A stretch of 64,000 nt of DNA, taken from NCBI GenBank assembly GCA_030390025.1, contig CM059433.1, positions 17,796,001 to 17,860,000 of the forward strand. The letters run 5' to 3'. The stretch comes from Squalus acanthias. Lineage: Eukaryota. A program made the translations under genes and the position numbers. Positions 50,612 through 63,375 of this stretch are shown one piece after another. Each line of letters begins with the position of its first letter. Within the stretch, counting starts at the first letter, position 1. A model generated the notes under the pieces. The model made no database searches and was not told the DNA's origin. It saw nothing but the letters and a program-made list of their open reading frames with translations.

Positions 50612-50882
50612 GGCTTGCCAACTCTGGTTGGATGTATTTCTGGAGGTTTGATCACATGACCTCCCGTATCCAACTGCCTCGTCCAGTGTCAAACAATCTT
50701 GTCTTTTGCGTCTCCAATATTATTATAACCAATAAACAGAAATGTTCAAAAAGAATGAAAAAGCCACACAATTCTTTGAATGACCCGATGGTTTTTCTCC
50801 AGGGTTGCTCGCAGCAGTGTCCAGGAGATTAATCCATAAATCCTGGAGACTCCAGTTCAATCCTGGAGCGTTGGCAACTCTA
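50612..50882. mobile_element. Small old TIR element
   Basis: Inverted ends GGCTTGCCAACTC / GCGTTGGCAACTC with internal TCCTGGAG repeats. Confidence 0.45.
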
Positions 50883-51254
50883 GACCTCTGCCACGAGCAT
50901 GTAAACTAACTGAAAACAGCTTTCAATGTTGCAGAACATAACCAGGTGCTACAACTAACCCAGAAATCGGCCAACTGTCTACATCACAGTGGTACATTAC
51001 AAGAAAGCCCTAAATATGGGAATCTGTATATTTAAAAAAAATTAAGTAAAACTCATCATCACTCCAGTGCCACTCCCTATTTAGTTCCAAACTGTGGCAA
51101 TTCCACTGTGCAGTGACTAAGGCCAGTTAATGCATTCAGAGCAGGGAACATCCTCATTATCTCGAAAAAACAGCTGCAACAGATCTTGAAGAAAAGAACT
51201 CTTTATGTAAGGCACCAGCCAGACATGCCAAGAAAGTTCCTTTGAGCAAAATTA

Positions 51255-52040
51255 CGAACATACGAATTAGGAGCAGGAGTAGGCCCCTCGAGCCTGCTCC
51301 GCCATTCAATAAGATCATGGCTGATCTGATTACTCCAGATTCCCACCTACCCCCGATAACCTTTCACCCCCTTGCTTATCAAGAATCTATCTACCTCTGC
51401 CTTAAAAATATTCAAAGACTCTGCTTCCTCCGCCCTCTGAGGAAGAGAGTTCCAAAGACTCACGACCCTCTGTGAGAAAAAAATTCTCCTCATCTCTGTC
51501 TTAAATGGGCGACCCCTTATTTTTAAACAGTGACTCCTAGTTCTAGATTCTCCCACAAGAGGAAACATCCTCTCCACATCCACCCTGTCAAGACCCCTCA
51601 GGATCTTATATGTTTCAATCAAGTCACCTCTTACTCTTCTAGACTCCAGTGGATACAAGCCTAGCCTGTCCAACCTTTCCTCATAAGACAACCCGCCCAT
51701 TCCAGGTATTAGTCTAGTAAACTTTCTTTGAACTGCTTCCAACGCATTTACATCCTTCCTTAAATAGGGAGACCAATACTGTACACAGTACTCCAGATGT
51801 GGTCTTACCAATACCCTGTATAACTGAAGCATAACCTCCCTACTTTTGTATTCAATTCCCCGCGCAATAAACAATAACATTCTATTAACTTTCCAAATTA
51901 CTTGCTGTACCTGCATACTAACCTTTTGCGATTCATGCACCAGGACACCCAGATCCCTCTGCATCTCAGAGCTCAGCAATCTCTCACCATTTAGATAATA
52001 TGCTTCTTTTTTATTCTTCCTGCCAAAATGGACAATTTCA
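51255..52040 (-). mobile_element. Classical CR1 3' fragment
   Basis: ORF 51347-51979: QRDLGVLVH...VRPHLEYCVQYWSP...FSQRVVSLWNSLP. Confidence 0.92.
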
Positions 52041-52899
52041 GAAGTTGTTTAAAGTGGTATGTTAGCAGCTTATTTGTTATGTATAACTTCTGTAAGGGGC
52101 GGAAAACAATAAATAAACACACTTGTAAATGACTTCCACAAACCATCAGCTCACCAAACTTTGCTGTCTCAAGTTCCTGTGGAAGCCAACAGTGGCAGAA
52201 AGTAACGTGTGATTGGTTCAAAAACCACTCTCCATTCATTCTGGTTCTCACAGGCTCCACTCCTCCCCTTCAATGGATCTGATTGGTTGATACTCTCAAC
52301 TTCCAATGAAAAAAAAGCTAATTTCTCTTGTAAAACAGTGCCATCTTGACACATGGGTTGAAATATTGACTGTTAGCTTAAAACATTGACGGTTGACATG
52401 TATGTGGCTAAACCTGGAGTATGTGGTCTTTTATGCTACATAAGGTCCCTTCTACCAACCATGGTTTTCCCTGTTTATTTTTCTTCCTTCCTATATGGGG
52501 ATGGTAGCCCGATATATTAGAACACTTGGTGCACTAGTGGTAGAACACACAAATGAACATTCATATGAAAGGAAGGATGGGACAACAGAATGCAGCCCAT
52601 CGACCTGCCCCATCCAGACATGATGCAGCTACACACACCATTGACTCCCTCCCACCCCCACCCCCCACCCCACACCAACTACTCCCAATCGCAAAATCTC
52701 CTGGGGGGAAGCAAAAACCTGAGGCCAAATAAGGAATAAAACTCTGGGAAGTACGTCTCTCCAAGCCCCTGAAGCAATCAAACAAACTCCAGGAGACTGC
52801 CGTAATTTAAGAGTCCTATTATTCCCAGCTACCCTACATCTTGCTCTCTATATACTTGAAATGACCTCCTCTCTCAGGAACTTGCCAGCTCCCTTCCGA

Positions 52900-54262
52900 A
52901 GGATGGCAGGAAATCCATACTTCCCCCATGCTTTGACTCTCTGTGAAAATAAACATTTCCTGACATCTAGCCTAACTCTTTGCCTATGTGTTTTACATAT
53001 AGGCCCCTAGTTCTCCCATCCTTATCCATTGCAAAGAACCTATCCAGTTGGATATAATTTAATTCCTTCACCATTTCAAAGACCTCAATCAAATCTCCTA
53101 TGTTTTCAAATGAAAATAGCCCCAACTCCTTGAGCCTATCACAATTACTAAGAGCCCTAATACTGGCTATCATTTTGGTCACCTTTCTAGAATCATTGAA
53201 TGATATAGCACAGAAGGAGGCCATATGGCCCCTCGTGCCTGTTCCGTCTCTTTGAAAGAGCTGTCCAATTAGTCCCACTCCCCTGTGCTTTCCCCATAGC
53301 CATGCAAATTTTTCTACTTCAAGTATTTATCCAATTTCCTCTTGAAAGTTATTGAATCTGCTTCCACCGCCCTTTCTTGCAGCGCATTCCAGATCATAAC
53401 AACTTGCTGCATTAAAACGAATGTTCTTATCATGCCTCTGGCTCTTTTGCCAATTACCTTAAATCTGTGTCCTCCGCTTACTGATCATTCTGCCACAAGA
53501 AACAGTTTCTCCTTATTTACTCTATCAAAACCCTTCAAGATTTTGAACACCTCTATCAAATCTCCTCTTAACCTTCTCTGCTCTAAGGAGAGCAACCCTA
53601 GTTTCTCTAGTCTCTCCACGTAACTAAAGTCTGTCATCCCTGGTACCATTCTAGTAAATCTCCTCTCCACCTTCTCTAAGGCCTTGACATCCTTCCTGAA
53701 GTGTGGTGCCCAGAATTGGACACAATGGCCGGAATTTTTACCTGCAGACCCATTGGGAGCGTGGTGGAGGGAGTCCAGTAGCGCACGGGAAACCCGGAAG
53801 TCTGGGTTTCCCCGCACGCTGTTGGGGGGGTCCGATCCCCGACCCCAGGGGCATTTTGATCCCGGGGGGGTGGGCGGGGTTTGTATACAAAGCAGGTTAA
53901 AGCCAAAACTTCCAGCCTCATTGTCATATTTAAAGTGCCAAACCCCCTTCTGGGAGCGGGTTGGTTGCCGCCCCGTGTCCCGCCTCGCGTAAAACCCGGA
54001 AGTCGGCAAGTTGGAGCCGGCTTCCCGACACACTTCCAATTTTTCCCCATTTGAACCCCGACCCGTACCCACTTCCACCCACTCACCTATGTTAAAATTC
54101 CCCCCCTGTACTCCAGCTGGAGCCTAACCAATGTTTTATAAAGATTTAGTATAACTTCCTTGCTTTTATACTCTATGCCTCTATTTATAAAGCCAAGGAT
54201 CCTGTGTGCCTTTTTAACAGCCTTCTCAACTTGTCCAGCCACCGTTAAAGATTTGTGTACGT
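52900..54262 (-). mobile_element. Two adjacent CR1 fragments, the younger (about 53190-54262) split by a MITE
   Basis: ...LVRLQLEY and CVQFWAPHFRKD are separated by the 53727-54105 insertion. Confidence 0.8.
53727..54105. mobile_element. MITE inserted in CR1
   Basis: Termini GGCCGGAATTTT / AAAATTCCCCC interrupt the CR1 reading frame. Confidence 0.75.
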
Positions 54263-54957
54263 ACACCCCCAGGGAGGCCCAAGGCTTCCCCCCAGGGAGG
54301 CCCAAGGCTTCCCTGTGAGGCCAGGAGGAGCACACCTGCCCTTCCTGGCCCATAAGGAAACCTAAAATTCAACTTTAAAACGTAACTTCTGTGCCTCTTC
54401 TGGCCCACTCTCCATCTCCCGACAGGTTTTTGCTTTGTGGGGGAGCTGTCACTGCCCCCCACTCCGCTCAGGCCTTCAACTAAAATTGCAGATCTGGTCC
54501 TAATGACATCGGGCTAGATCTGCATATTTAAAGAAGGACCCTGCTTCTTTCCTCAAAAGAGAAGATTAAGATTGGGGCATGGTGCAAAGGCAGTGGGATC
54601 AGAGAAGGTAAGTGGCTGGCCTTATTTTAATTGCCTCTCCCCCCCACCCCATCTGGTTTCCGCCAAGCTTGGGGAATTAAAATCGGGGCCTATGACTGCC
54701 ATAGCCCTCTCCTGCTCCATAAAATTTGGGTCCACTTTTCCAATGGCTGGAATCTCCCAGACTCAAATGCAAAACATTGCACTTATCTAGATCGAAGGAC
54801 ATCTGACACACAAGCCCCATTTCCCTGACTTATCTAAATCCGCCTATAACCTACTTATTTTATCTCAGTTCTCAACTCCCATGCATGTTTTTATCTCATC
54901 TGCAAATCTGAATAGTTCAATTAGTGCTCTTATCCAAATCATTAATGAAGATGATAA

Positions 54958-55138
54958 GAAAGAAAGAAAGACTTACATTTATATAGCGCCTTTCACGACC
55001 ACCGGATGTCTCAAAGCGCTTCACAGCCAGTTAAATACTTTTGAAGTGTAGTCACTGTTGTAATGTAAGAAACGCAGCAGCCAATTTGCGCACAGCAAGC
55101 TCCCACAAACAGCAATGTGATAATGACCAGATAATCTG
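54958..55138 (-). mobile_element. DeuSINE 3' half
   Basis: Same tail as 39545 and 49335. Confidence 0.8.
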
Positions 55139-55281
55139 CAATGATCCCAACATGGAGTCCTGAGAGACTCCACCTATAACCTTGCCTCATGTAGATCTAT
55201 TGCTATTGAAGAGGAACCTTTGCCAATGAGATTACAACCAGTTTCCTATGTCATAATATCTGACTGCCAATACCACATGAT

Positions 55282-55485
55282 CATGATGCGGAGATGCCGG
55301 TGTTGGACTGGGGTGGACAAAAGTGAGAAGTCGCACAACACCAGGTTATAGTCCAACAGTTTTATTTGAAATCACAAGCTTTCGGAGCTGCTGACGAAGG
55401 TGACGAAGGAGCAACAGCTCCGAAAGCTTGTGATTTCAAATAAAACTGTTGGACTATAACCTGGCGTTGTGCGACTTCTCACTTT
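55282..55485. mobile_element. Palindromic Penelope-derived short insertion
   Basis: A minus-oriented terminal repeat (55282-55392) is joined to a plus-oriented copy (about 55400-55485). TSD AATACCACATGAT at 55269-55281 and 55486-55498. Confidence 0.8.
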
Positions 55486-56880
55486 AATACCACATGATGC
55501 AATCTTTTCCAATAGCCATCTATGCTGCACTGTATCAAAGGCTTCCTGGAAATGATGGTGTGTGAGTTGAAACAAGTGACTTCCCATTAGGCGGAGTTCC
55601 CAATCTCTGTTTTGTTAACTGAGGAAGGTGTTAAGCAAAGGCCAGGATCTTCCTCTAGGTTGGATCCGAAAAATCCAAATAGAACAACTTTAACTGCATG
55701 CTAGTAACAAGCCTTTGCTGGTCTTTAAGCCAGGGAATGGTGTGTAGTATTGGTAGATCCATAACCGTACAGATATGGTGGGTTGAAGCCAATTAATTTC
55801 TTGAACTATCAGTTCGTGCTCGGGTTGGGTGAGAAGAAATACACTCATCGCGGGTCACATGGCGGCAGAACGAATATGTACCGTTTGGTTTTAACATTTT
55901 TATCGTGCTTGAGATAGTCAGACGAGAGAAATTGGAAGGGAGCACGTGCCTTTGTCCTGGAACTGTTAAAAATACAACAGCCTTTCTCTACTGCAGGATT
56001 ATCAAAGTCCTGTTGATCAAGGCCAAATGCGCTGAAGCTCAGTAATCCTTATGATCCCATTGTGCCTTGGTATCTCGTATGGTGCAGCCACTTACAGATA
56101 GAGCTTTATGACAAATGGCTAAATTATTTTGGTTATAAACACTGCAATTACATTAGATGGATTTGATTGGATATAACCTTCAAGGATGTGTTCCGCATAG
56201 ATGAATTATCATAAAAATTGATTTCCATGTGTAATTTGTTAGAATGATTGTTTCAGTCTAATTACTTTTAACAGCTGCCTTATCAGTCATAATCAGGTTT
56301 TGACCTTCAGACAGAAGTATTTGGAAGGTCTCATGTGACTATAACACTTCCCAAGAGTGTAACCCAGATGACAGTTAATCAAGAATGAGCACCGTAGACA
56401 CAGAATATTCAAATAGTTTTTGTGCGTATGTAAAAAGCACAACATAATGGTAATATATAAACTGTTCTCTGTGAATTAGTCTACAGAGGTTTATTTTTCT
56501 TCCTTTTATAATTATGAATGAAGTTAGGGTTATTTTTGAATTTGTTTCCAAATACTTTACTGTTTTTGCCCTTGTGTGCACTCGCACTATCACTCGTTCC
56601 TCTTGCAGCTGACAGGACAGGGCAATCTGGATTGCAGATTTATCCATTATCACCATAAGTGCTCTTAGCAGTGCTGTCCATCCAAGCATTCCTTTTTTTT
56701 TTAATCTTCTCCTCTGAAAGGCTTGACTTCTACTGAATTATAGTTCCACAGGTGCTGGCAGCCCTGTGGCAGCTCACCCAAGGCGTCTTTTTTCATATGT
56801 GAGTCTCAACAATGAGTACCAGCAGGCTATTCATCTATAGAGGTCATCACAGCAAACTCCAAATTCTGTTCCCCATCTGA

Positions 56881-57222
56881 CATCTACAAGATGCACTGCA
56901 GCAACTCGCCAAGGCTTTATCGGCAGCACCTCCCAAACCCGTGACCTCTTCCACCTAGAAGGACAAGGGCAGCAGGCGCATGGGAACACCACCACCTCCA
57001 AGTTCCCCTCCAAGTCACACACCATCCTGACTTAGAAGTATATCGCTTATCCTTCATCGTCGCTGGGTCAAAATCCTGGAACTCCCTCCCTAACAGCGCT
57101 GTGGAAGTACCTTCACCACACGGACTGCAGCGGTTTAAGAAGGCGGCTCACCACCACCTTCTCGAGGGCAATTAGGGATGGGCAATAAATGCTGGCCTTG
57201 CCAGTGACGCCCACATCCCATA
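56881..57222 (+). mobile_element. LINE family A 3' fragment
   Basis: CATCTACAAGATGCACTGCAGC... through the family A 3' UTR. Confidence 0.88.
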
Positions 57223-57338
57223 AGCGTACAAAACATTTTTTACATTGCTTAGTGCTACATCCGAATGGTGTTGTTGCTCACTAGACATCAGGAGAGCCAT
57301 CATGAGTTTGTTTTTGTTTCATTTTCTCGCCTTCTAGT

Positions 57339-57471
57339 CATGATGCGGAGATGCCGGTGTTGGACTGGGGTGGACAAAAATGAGAAGTCGCACAACACCA
57401 GGTTATAGTCCAACAGTTTTATTTAAAATTACGAGCTTTCGGAGCTGCTGCTCCTTCGTCAGGTAGAGGTA
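57339..57471 (-). mobile_element. Short Penelope-derived insertion with hammerhead core
   Basis: Reverse complement of 33874-33999. TSD CGCCTTCYAGT at 57328-57338 and 57472-57482. Confidence 0.78.
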
Positions 57472-58769
57472 CGCCTTCCAGTCATCGGGGGTTATTCCAA
57501 GCAAAAAGGAGGCAACTGGTGCTGAGTTTTGGTACGTTCTGAATGTTCTCATGAATGCTGTGATAATCCTTGTAATGCACAGACTGGTTCACTTGCCCTA
57601 AGCAATGACTTGGATATGCCAGGGAGACGGAACAAGGTGACCCTCTAACTATTTAATTTCAAAATGTATTTCTCAGCTGTCATACTTTGAAATGCTTAGG
57701 GACTTCCTTTTGGGAATCACTTCAAAACCCAGGAATTCTGTCTCCTGACAAAGAGTTAAATTGAACTTCATTAGCAGCTACCTTCAGCCTTTAGGGTGAG
57801 AATAAAGTGCCTGTGATCATTTAGTGTTGCAGGATAAAAAAGTACACTGTAAGCACATTGTCACATCAATACTGTCAAAGCTTTACATTAATGTCTTCAT
57901 TACTTCAAGTCTTCCTGTGCAACTCTATGTGAGTTAGCATTAAAGGTGTGTTTGATGAATGTTATTTTTCTTTTTTGTCTACTGCACTTTATACCCAATT
58001 AATATGTTGGGATTGATTAAATGATTTTATAATAATTTGGGGAAAGTGCTTACACCAAATTTCTAATTTTTTGCACTCTGTTTTGCCTGCACCTAAATCA
58101 GTGCTGGAAAGTTATGTGTCCAACCATGGGTTTTTGCCATCTCATTAATTGAAATGGGATTAGTTCCTCATTAACATTTATGCATTCTCATATCTTTTTC
58201 TATTAGAATTAGACAGGGAAATTTTAACGGGAAACTAAAGCTCATACTTCTGATCCTATATTCAGCTTCTTGTGGGTGTTTATCTTTCGTGCCTTTCTGT
58301 TTACGGCCATGTTTGTATCTTCTTAGGTATGGCATGCTTGTGGTCAGACGTATCATGCTGGATCTAATCTGAGGAGGGTTCATAAATCAAAGCTCTCTGA
58401 GATTGACTGTAAACATGACATTTATGTCTTCAGAAACCTCACCATTCTAAGATGCAACATGTGGGGAGATGACGAGGTTGGAGCCCAAAGAACCACACTA
58501 CAATAAATGCAGGCAGACTTCAAAACGCAGGGTTTAATATTTAGATATGAGGGAACTGCAAGAGGTTCTGTCAACCACTTTGTAGCATCCAGCTATATCC
58601 TAACCCAGATCACCTCAGTTGTCCAGTTATTGTTCTGAATAGGAGTCCATATTCAGAACAATATGGTTTCCTAATTGCACCACCAGCTTCTGCTAAATGA
58701 TGTACTTGGATTGCCTCTTATCCAGCACTCAGCTCCATGATGTACTCTCATTCCCCCTTCTTTCCTTGT

Positions 58770-59270
58770 TCACCAGATTGCAGGATAATTATGGATGAGA
58801 AACACTATTCAGCCCATCTTAATACACCCATCCGGAGAGATGCTATAGTTTCTTAAAAACATCCAGAGTTTTCACCTCTACTATTCTTTCCGGAAATCTC
58901 TTCTATATGTTGATCACTCTTTGTGTGAGGAATTTCCTGACAACAGTCCTAAATTTACTGTTAGTAGCTTGAACCTGTTTCCCCCTTGTCCTACTCTCTC
59001 AATTTAATTTAAAGGAACATCCACAGTTACCTTTTCCATTCACCTTATATTCCTTGATCAGATCACCTTGCAGATGTCTCCTTTCCAGGCTGAGAAGCCA
59101 GACCTCTCCAGTCTCATCTGATAGCTCAGACCTTTGACACGAGAAATCAGCCTCGTAGGTCTTCTCTGTACTGTGCCCAGCGCTTCAAGGTCACCCTTTT
59201 GTCTCAGTGACCAGAACTGGATGCCGTGATCAAGGTGCAGTTTGACCAGAGCAATGGACAGCTGGTTACA
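58770..59270 (-). mobile_element. Very old CR1 fragment
   Basis: Diverged GACCAGAACTG, GATCACTCTTTGTGTGAGGAA and TTCAGCCCATC landmarks. Confidence 0.55.
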
Positions 59271-59285
59271 ACGTCCTCTGACTTG

Positions 59286-59997
59286 TTTTTTTTAAATTCG
59301 TCTTTATGGGATGTGGGCGTCGCTGGCAAGGCCAGCATTTATTGCCCATCCCTAATTGCCCTTGAGAAGGTGGTGGTGAGCCACCTTCTTGAACCGCTGC
59401 AGTCCGTGTGCTGAAGGTAATCCCACAGTGTTGTTAGGTAGGGACTTCCAGGATTTTGACCCAGCGACGATGAAGGATCGGCGATTTACTTCTAAGTCAA
59501 GATGACGTGTGACTTGGAGGGGAACGTGGAGGTGGTGGTGTTCCCATGTGTCTGCTGCCCTTGTCCTTCTAGGTGGAAGAGGTCGCGGGTTTGGGAGGTG
59601 TTGCCGAAGAAGCCTTGGCGAGTTGCTGCAGTGCATCTTGTAGATGGTACACACTGCAGCCACGGTACGCCGGTGGTGGAGGGAGTGAATGTTTAAGGAG
59701 GTAGAGGGGGTGCCAATCAAGCGGGTTGCTTTGTCCTGGATGGTGTCGACATTTTTGAGTGTTGTTGGAACTGCACTCATCCAGGCAAGTGGAGAGTATT
59801 CCATCACACTCCTTACTTGTGCCTTGTAGATGGTAGAAAGGCTTTGGGGAGTCAGGAGACGAGACACTCGCCGCAGAATACCCAGCCTCTGACCTGCTCT
59901 TGTTGCCACATTATTTCTGTGGCTGGTCCAGTTAAGTTTCTGGTCAATGGTGACCCCCAGGATGTTGATGGTGGGGGATTTGGCGATGGTAATGCAT
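59286..59997 (-). mobile_element. LINE family A 3' fragment (only minus-strand copy)
   Basis: ORF 59352-60080 matches family A ORF2 C-terminus. Confidence 0.9.
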
Positions 59998-60539
59998 TCT
60001 ACTGCTCTAGCTATGTAGTTCCCCATTACACGGGCATCATTGATTGCTGCTCTGCATTGGTTGGGCATGTCAAGCATCAACTCTACTTTGACTCAGTTCT
60101 CTTTTGGCTTTGTCCTTGGCTATTTCAACATAATTCCTTATTTTTCCTTTATTTGTGCAGTACTTTACACTTGCCTGCATTAAATTTCATCTGCTATTGC
60201 TTTGCCTACTTAAATATTTTATCTGACTAATTCTGTTACTTCTGAGCTGCCTCCTCTGAATCCATCTTAGTTTTGCATCTTCTGCAAATCTGACGACTTT
60301 GTATTGATTTTCTGAATCAGGTCCTGGACCACACAAGAATTTCTCGCACCCTGACATAATTCCTCTAATGAGTACTCGTTTCCTACCTTTCAGTTGCTTT
60401 TTTCCCCTCCATTCCTAGGATTTACTCTGAAGTCCTACAATTTTGAGTTTAATTAATAGCCTTTCTTTTGGACCTTTGTCAAATGTCTTTTGGAAGTCTT
60501 GATAGATCTCGTCATCTGATGTGACTGTGACTGTGACCG

Positions 60540-62103
60540 TGGTAAACTATCCCTTCTCATCCTTCTCGACCTCTCTGCAGCCTTTGACACAGTTGACCAA
60601 ACCATCCTCCTCCAACACCTCTCCTCCGTCATTCAGCTCCATCACCAAGACAACTTACTTCCACCTCCATAACATCACCTGACTCCGATCCTGCCTCAGC
60701 TCATCTAACCCTGAAAAGTGTGAGGTGATGCATTTTGGGAGGACTAACAAGGCAAGGGAATACACAATGAATAGTAGGACCCTAGGAAGGACAGAGGATC
60801 AGAGGGACCTTGGTGTGCATGTACATAGATCCCTGAAGGCAGCAGGACAGGTAGATAAGGTGGTTAAAAAGGCATATGGGATACTTGCCTTCATTAGCCG
60901 AGGCATAGAATATAAGAGCAGGGAGGTTATGATGGAGCTGTACAAAACGCTAGTTCGGCCACAGCTGGAATACTGTGTGCAGTTCTGGTCGCCACGCTAT
61001 AGGAAGGATGTGATTGCATTGGAGAAGGTGCAGAGGAGATTCACCAGGATGTTACCTGGGCTGGAGCGCTTCAGCTATGAAGAGAGACTGGACAGGCTGG
61101 GGTTGTTTTCCTTAGAGCAGAGAAGGCTGAGGGGGGACCTGATTAAGGTGGACAAAATGATGAGGGGCATAGATAGGGTAGATAGAAAGGAACTTTTCCC
61201 CTTAGTAGAGGGGTCAATAACCAGGGGGCATAGTTTCAAGGTAAGGGGCAGGAGGTTTAGCGGGGATTTGAGGAAAAACATTTTCACCCAGAGGGTGGTT
61301 GGAATCTGGAACTCACTGCCTGAAAGGGTAGTAGAGGCAGGAACCCTCACAACATTCAAGAAGCATTTAGATGAGCACTTGAAACGCCATAGCATACATG
61401 GCTATGGACCAAGTGCTGGAAAATGGGATTAGAATAGACAGGGCTTGATGGCCGGTGCGGACACAATGGGTCAAAGGGCCTCTTTCTGTGCTGTATAACT
61501 CTATGACTCTATCTACTGCTGAGACGCTCATCCATGACTTTGTTCACTCTAGACTTGCCTATTCCAATGCTATTTTTGGCTGGCCTCACATCTTCCACCC
61601 TCCGTAAACTTGAGGTCATCCAAAACTCTGCTGCCCGTGTCCTAACTCGCGCCAAGTCTTGTTCACTCATCACCCCTGTGCTCGCTGACCTACATTGGCT
61701 CCTGGTCCAGCAACACCTCGATTTTAAAATCCTCATCCTTGTTTTCAAATCCCTCCATGGCCTTGCCCCTCCCTAACTCTGTAACCTCCTCCAGTCCGAC
61801 AACCCTCCAAGATCACTACGCTCCTCCAATTCTGGCCTCTTGCGCATCCCCAATTTTAATAGCTCAACCATTGGCGGTCGTGCCATCAGCTGCCTTGGCC
61901 CTAAGCACTGGAAATCCCTCCTTAAACCTCTCTACCTCTCTCTCCTCCTTTAAGATGCTCCTTACACCCACCTCCTTGGTCATCTGTCCCAATATCTCCT
62001 TATGTGGCTCAGTGTCAAATTTTGTTTGATGTCGCTCCAGTGAAGCGATTTGGGATGTTTTACTACGTTAAAGGCGCTATAGAAATGCAAGTTGTTGTTG
62101 TTG
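60540..62103 (+). mobile_element. L2 fragment interrupted by CR1
   Basis: L2 sequence ...CTCAGCTCATCTA stops at about 60707 and resumes ATCTACTGCTGAGACGCTCATCC at 61511. (TTG)n tail. Confidence 0.82.
60708..61510 (+). mobile_element. Classical CR1 3' fragment nested in L2
   Basis: ORF 60725-61432 is an uninterrupted CR1 ORF2 C-terminus. ACTCTATGACTCT tail and possible TSD ATCTA. Confidence 0.92.
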
Positions 62104-62219
62104 TATAATGAGGTGTCACTTCCTCAAAGAAGTGAAGCCAAGCTGACTGCAGTTTAATAGATTATTATTGTACACATAATCCTCAAGTTTACTTCTGATA
62201 ATCTATTCCATTACTTTAG

Positions 62220-62672
62220 GTGTTAGCCATGGCTCAGTAGCACTCTCGCCTCTGAGTCAGAAGGTTGTGGGTTCAAGTCCCACAAGTCTTGAGCACAAAA
62301 TCTAGGCTGACACTCCAGTGCAATGCTGAGGGAGCGCTGCACTATCGGAGGTGCTGTCTTTCAGATGAGACATTAAACCAAGGCTCCATCTGCCCTCTCA
62401 GGTGGCTGTAAAAGATCCCATGGCACTATTTTGAAGAAGAGCAGGAGGGCTCTCCCCCAGTGGCTTGGCCAATATCTAGCTCTCAATCAACATTACTGAA
62501 ACTGATTATCTGGTCGTTATCACAGTGCTGTTTGTGGGAGCTTGCTGTGCCAAAATTGGCTGCTGCGTTTCATACATCACAACAGTAACTGCACTTCAAA
62601 AGTACTTCATTGGCTGTAAAGCACTTTGGAATGTCCTGAGGTCGTTAAGGGTGCTATATAAATGCAAGTCTT
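62220..62672 (+). mobile_element. DeuSINE (SacSINE1-like), near full length
   Basis: Homologous to 2023-2435. Confidence 0.85.
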
Positions 62673-63375
62673 TTTACACAGAATTGAAGTATTTCGAATG
62701 GGTCTTCAGTGTCTGTATCTGCTTTGTCATCCTTTTGAATGGAGGCACCATGTTAGCTGGTTTCCAGTCTACTGGTAGCTCCCCAGTGTCCTATGATTCC
62801 ATCATAATGATTGTCAGTGCCAATCTCCTTCCTAGTTTCTCTAGCTACGGTGATTAATTTCTTTTGATCCCTTTTAGCCTGTCAAAGACTTCCATTTCAT
62901 TCATATCACTTTTGATAGGGTTACCACAGCAAAATGATTATGCCAGTGTAATCTTTTAAGAGAAACAAAATCTTGTGCAATTTTACCTTTTCTACAGGAA
63001 ATATCACAGAGCTGCTTGAGCGATAGGACTGAGTTTTTTAAATCACTATCCTGTCCAAATCAGACTTGAGGTTAAAGTGTGGAATGGAAAATCATTCTTG
63101 TATGTGTCGAAGCACTGGCACTGTGCTGTTAGGCCTCCCACAGCTGGCATGCACCCCAACACAATGGTTTTTGTCATATTACCTAAGGAGACCGGCTGAA
63201 GAGGATGGTTAAAAAGGAGGTTAAAATTAAAAAACACACCCATCTCCCATGACGTTGTACATAGATTAAGTGTAGTCTTCAGTTGAAGCAGGGTCAGAGG
63301 GTGGGGTACAATTGGATGTAATTCAGGCCACATTTTAAACTCACATATTCTGCCCTTATTTTTATATAATACAAT

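Noticed and set aside
54266..54313. Tandem 22-23-bp duplication CCCCAGGGAGGCCCAAGGCTTC
   Set aside because: A small local duplication at a CR1 truncation junction, with no further structure.
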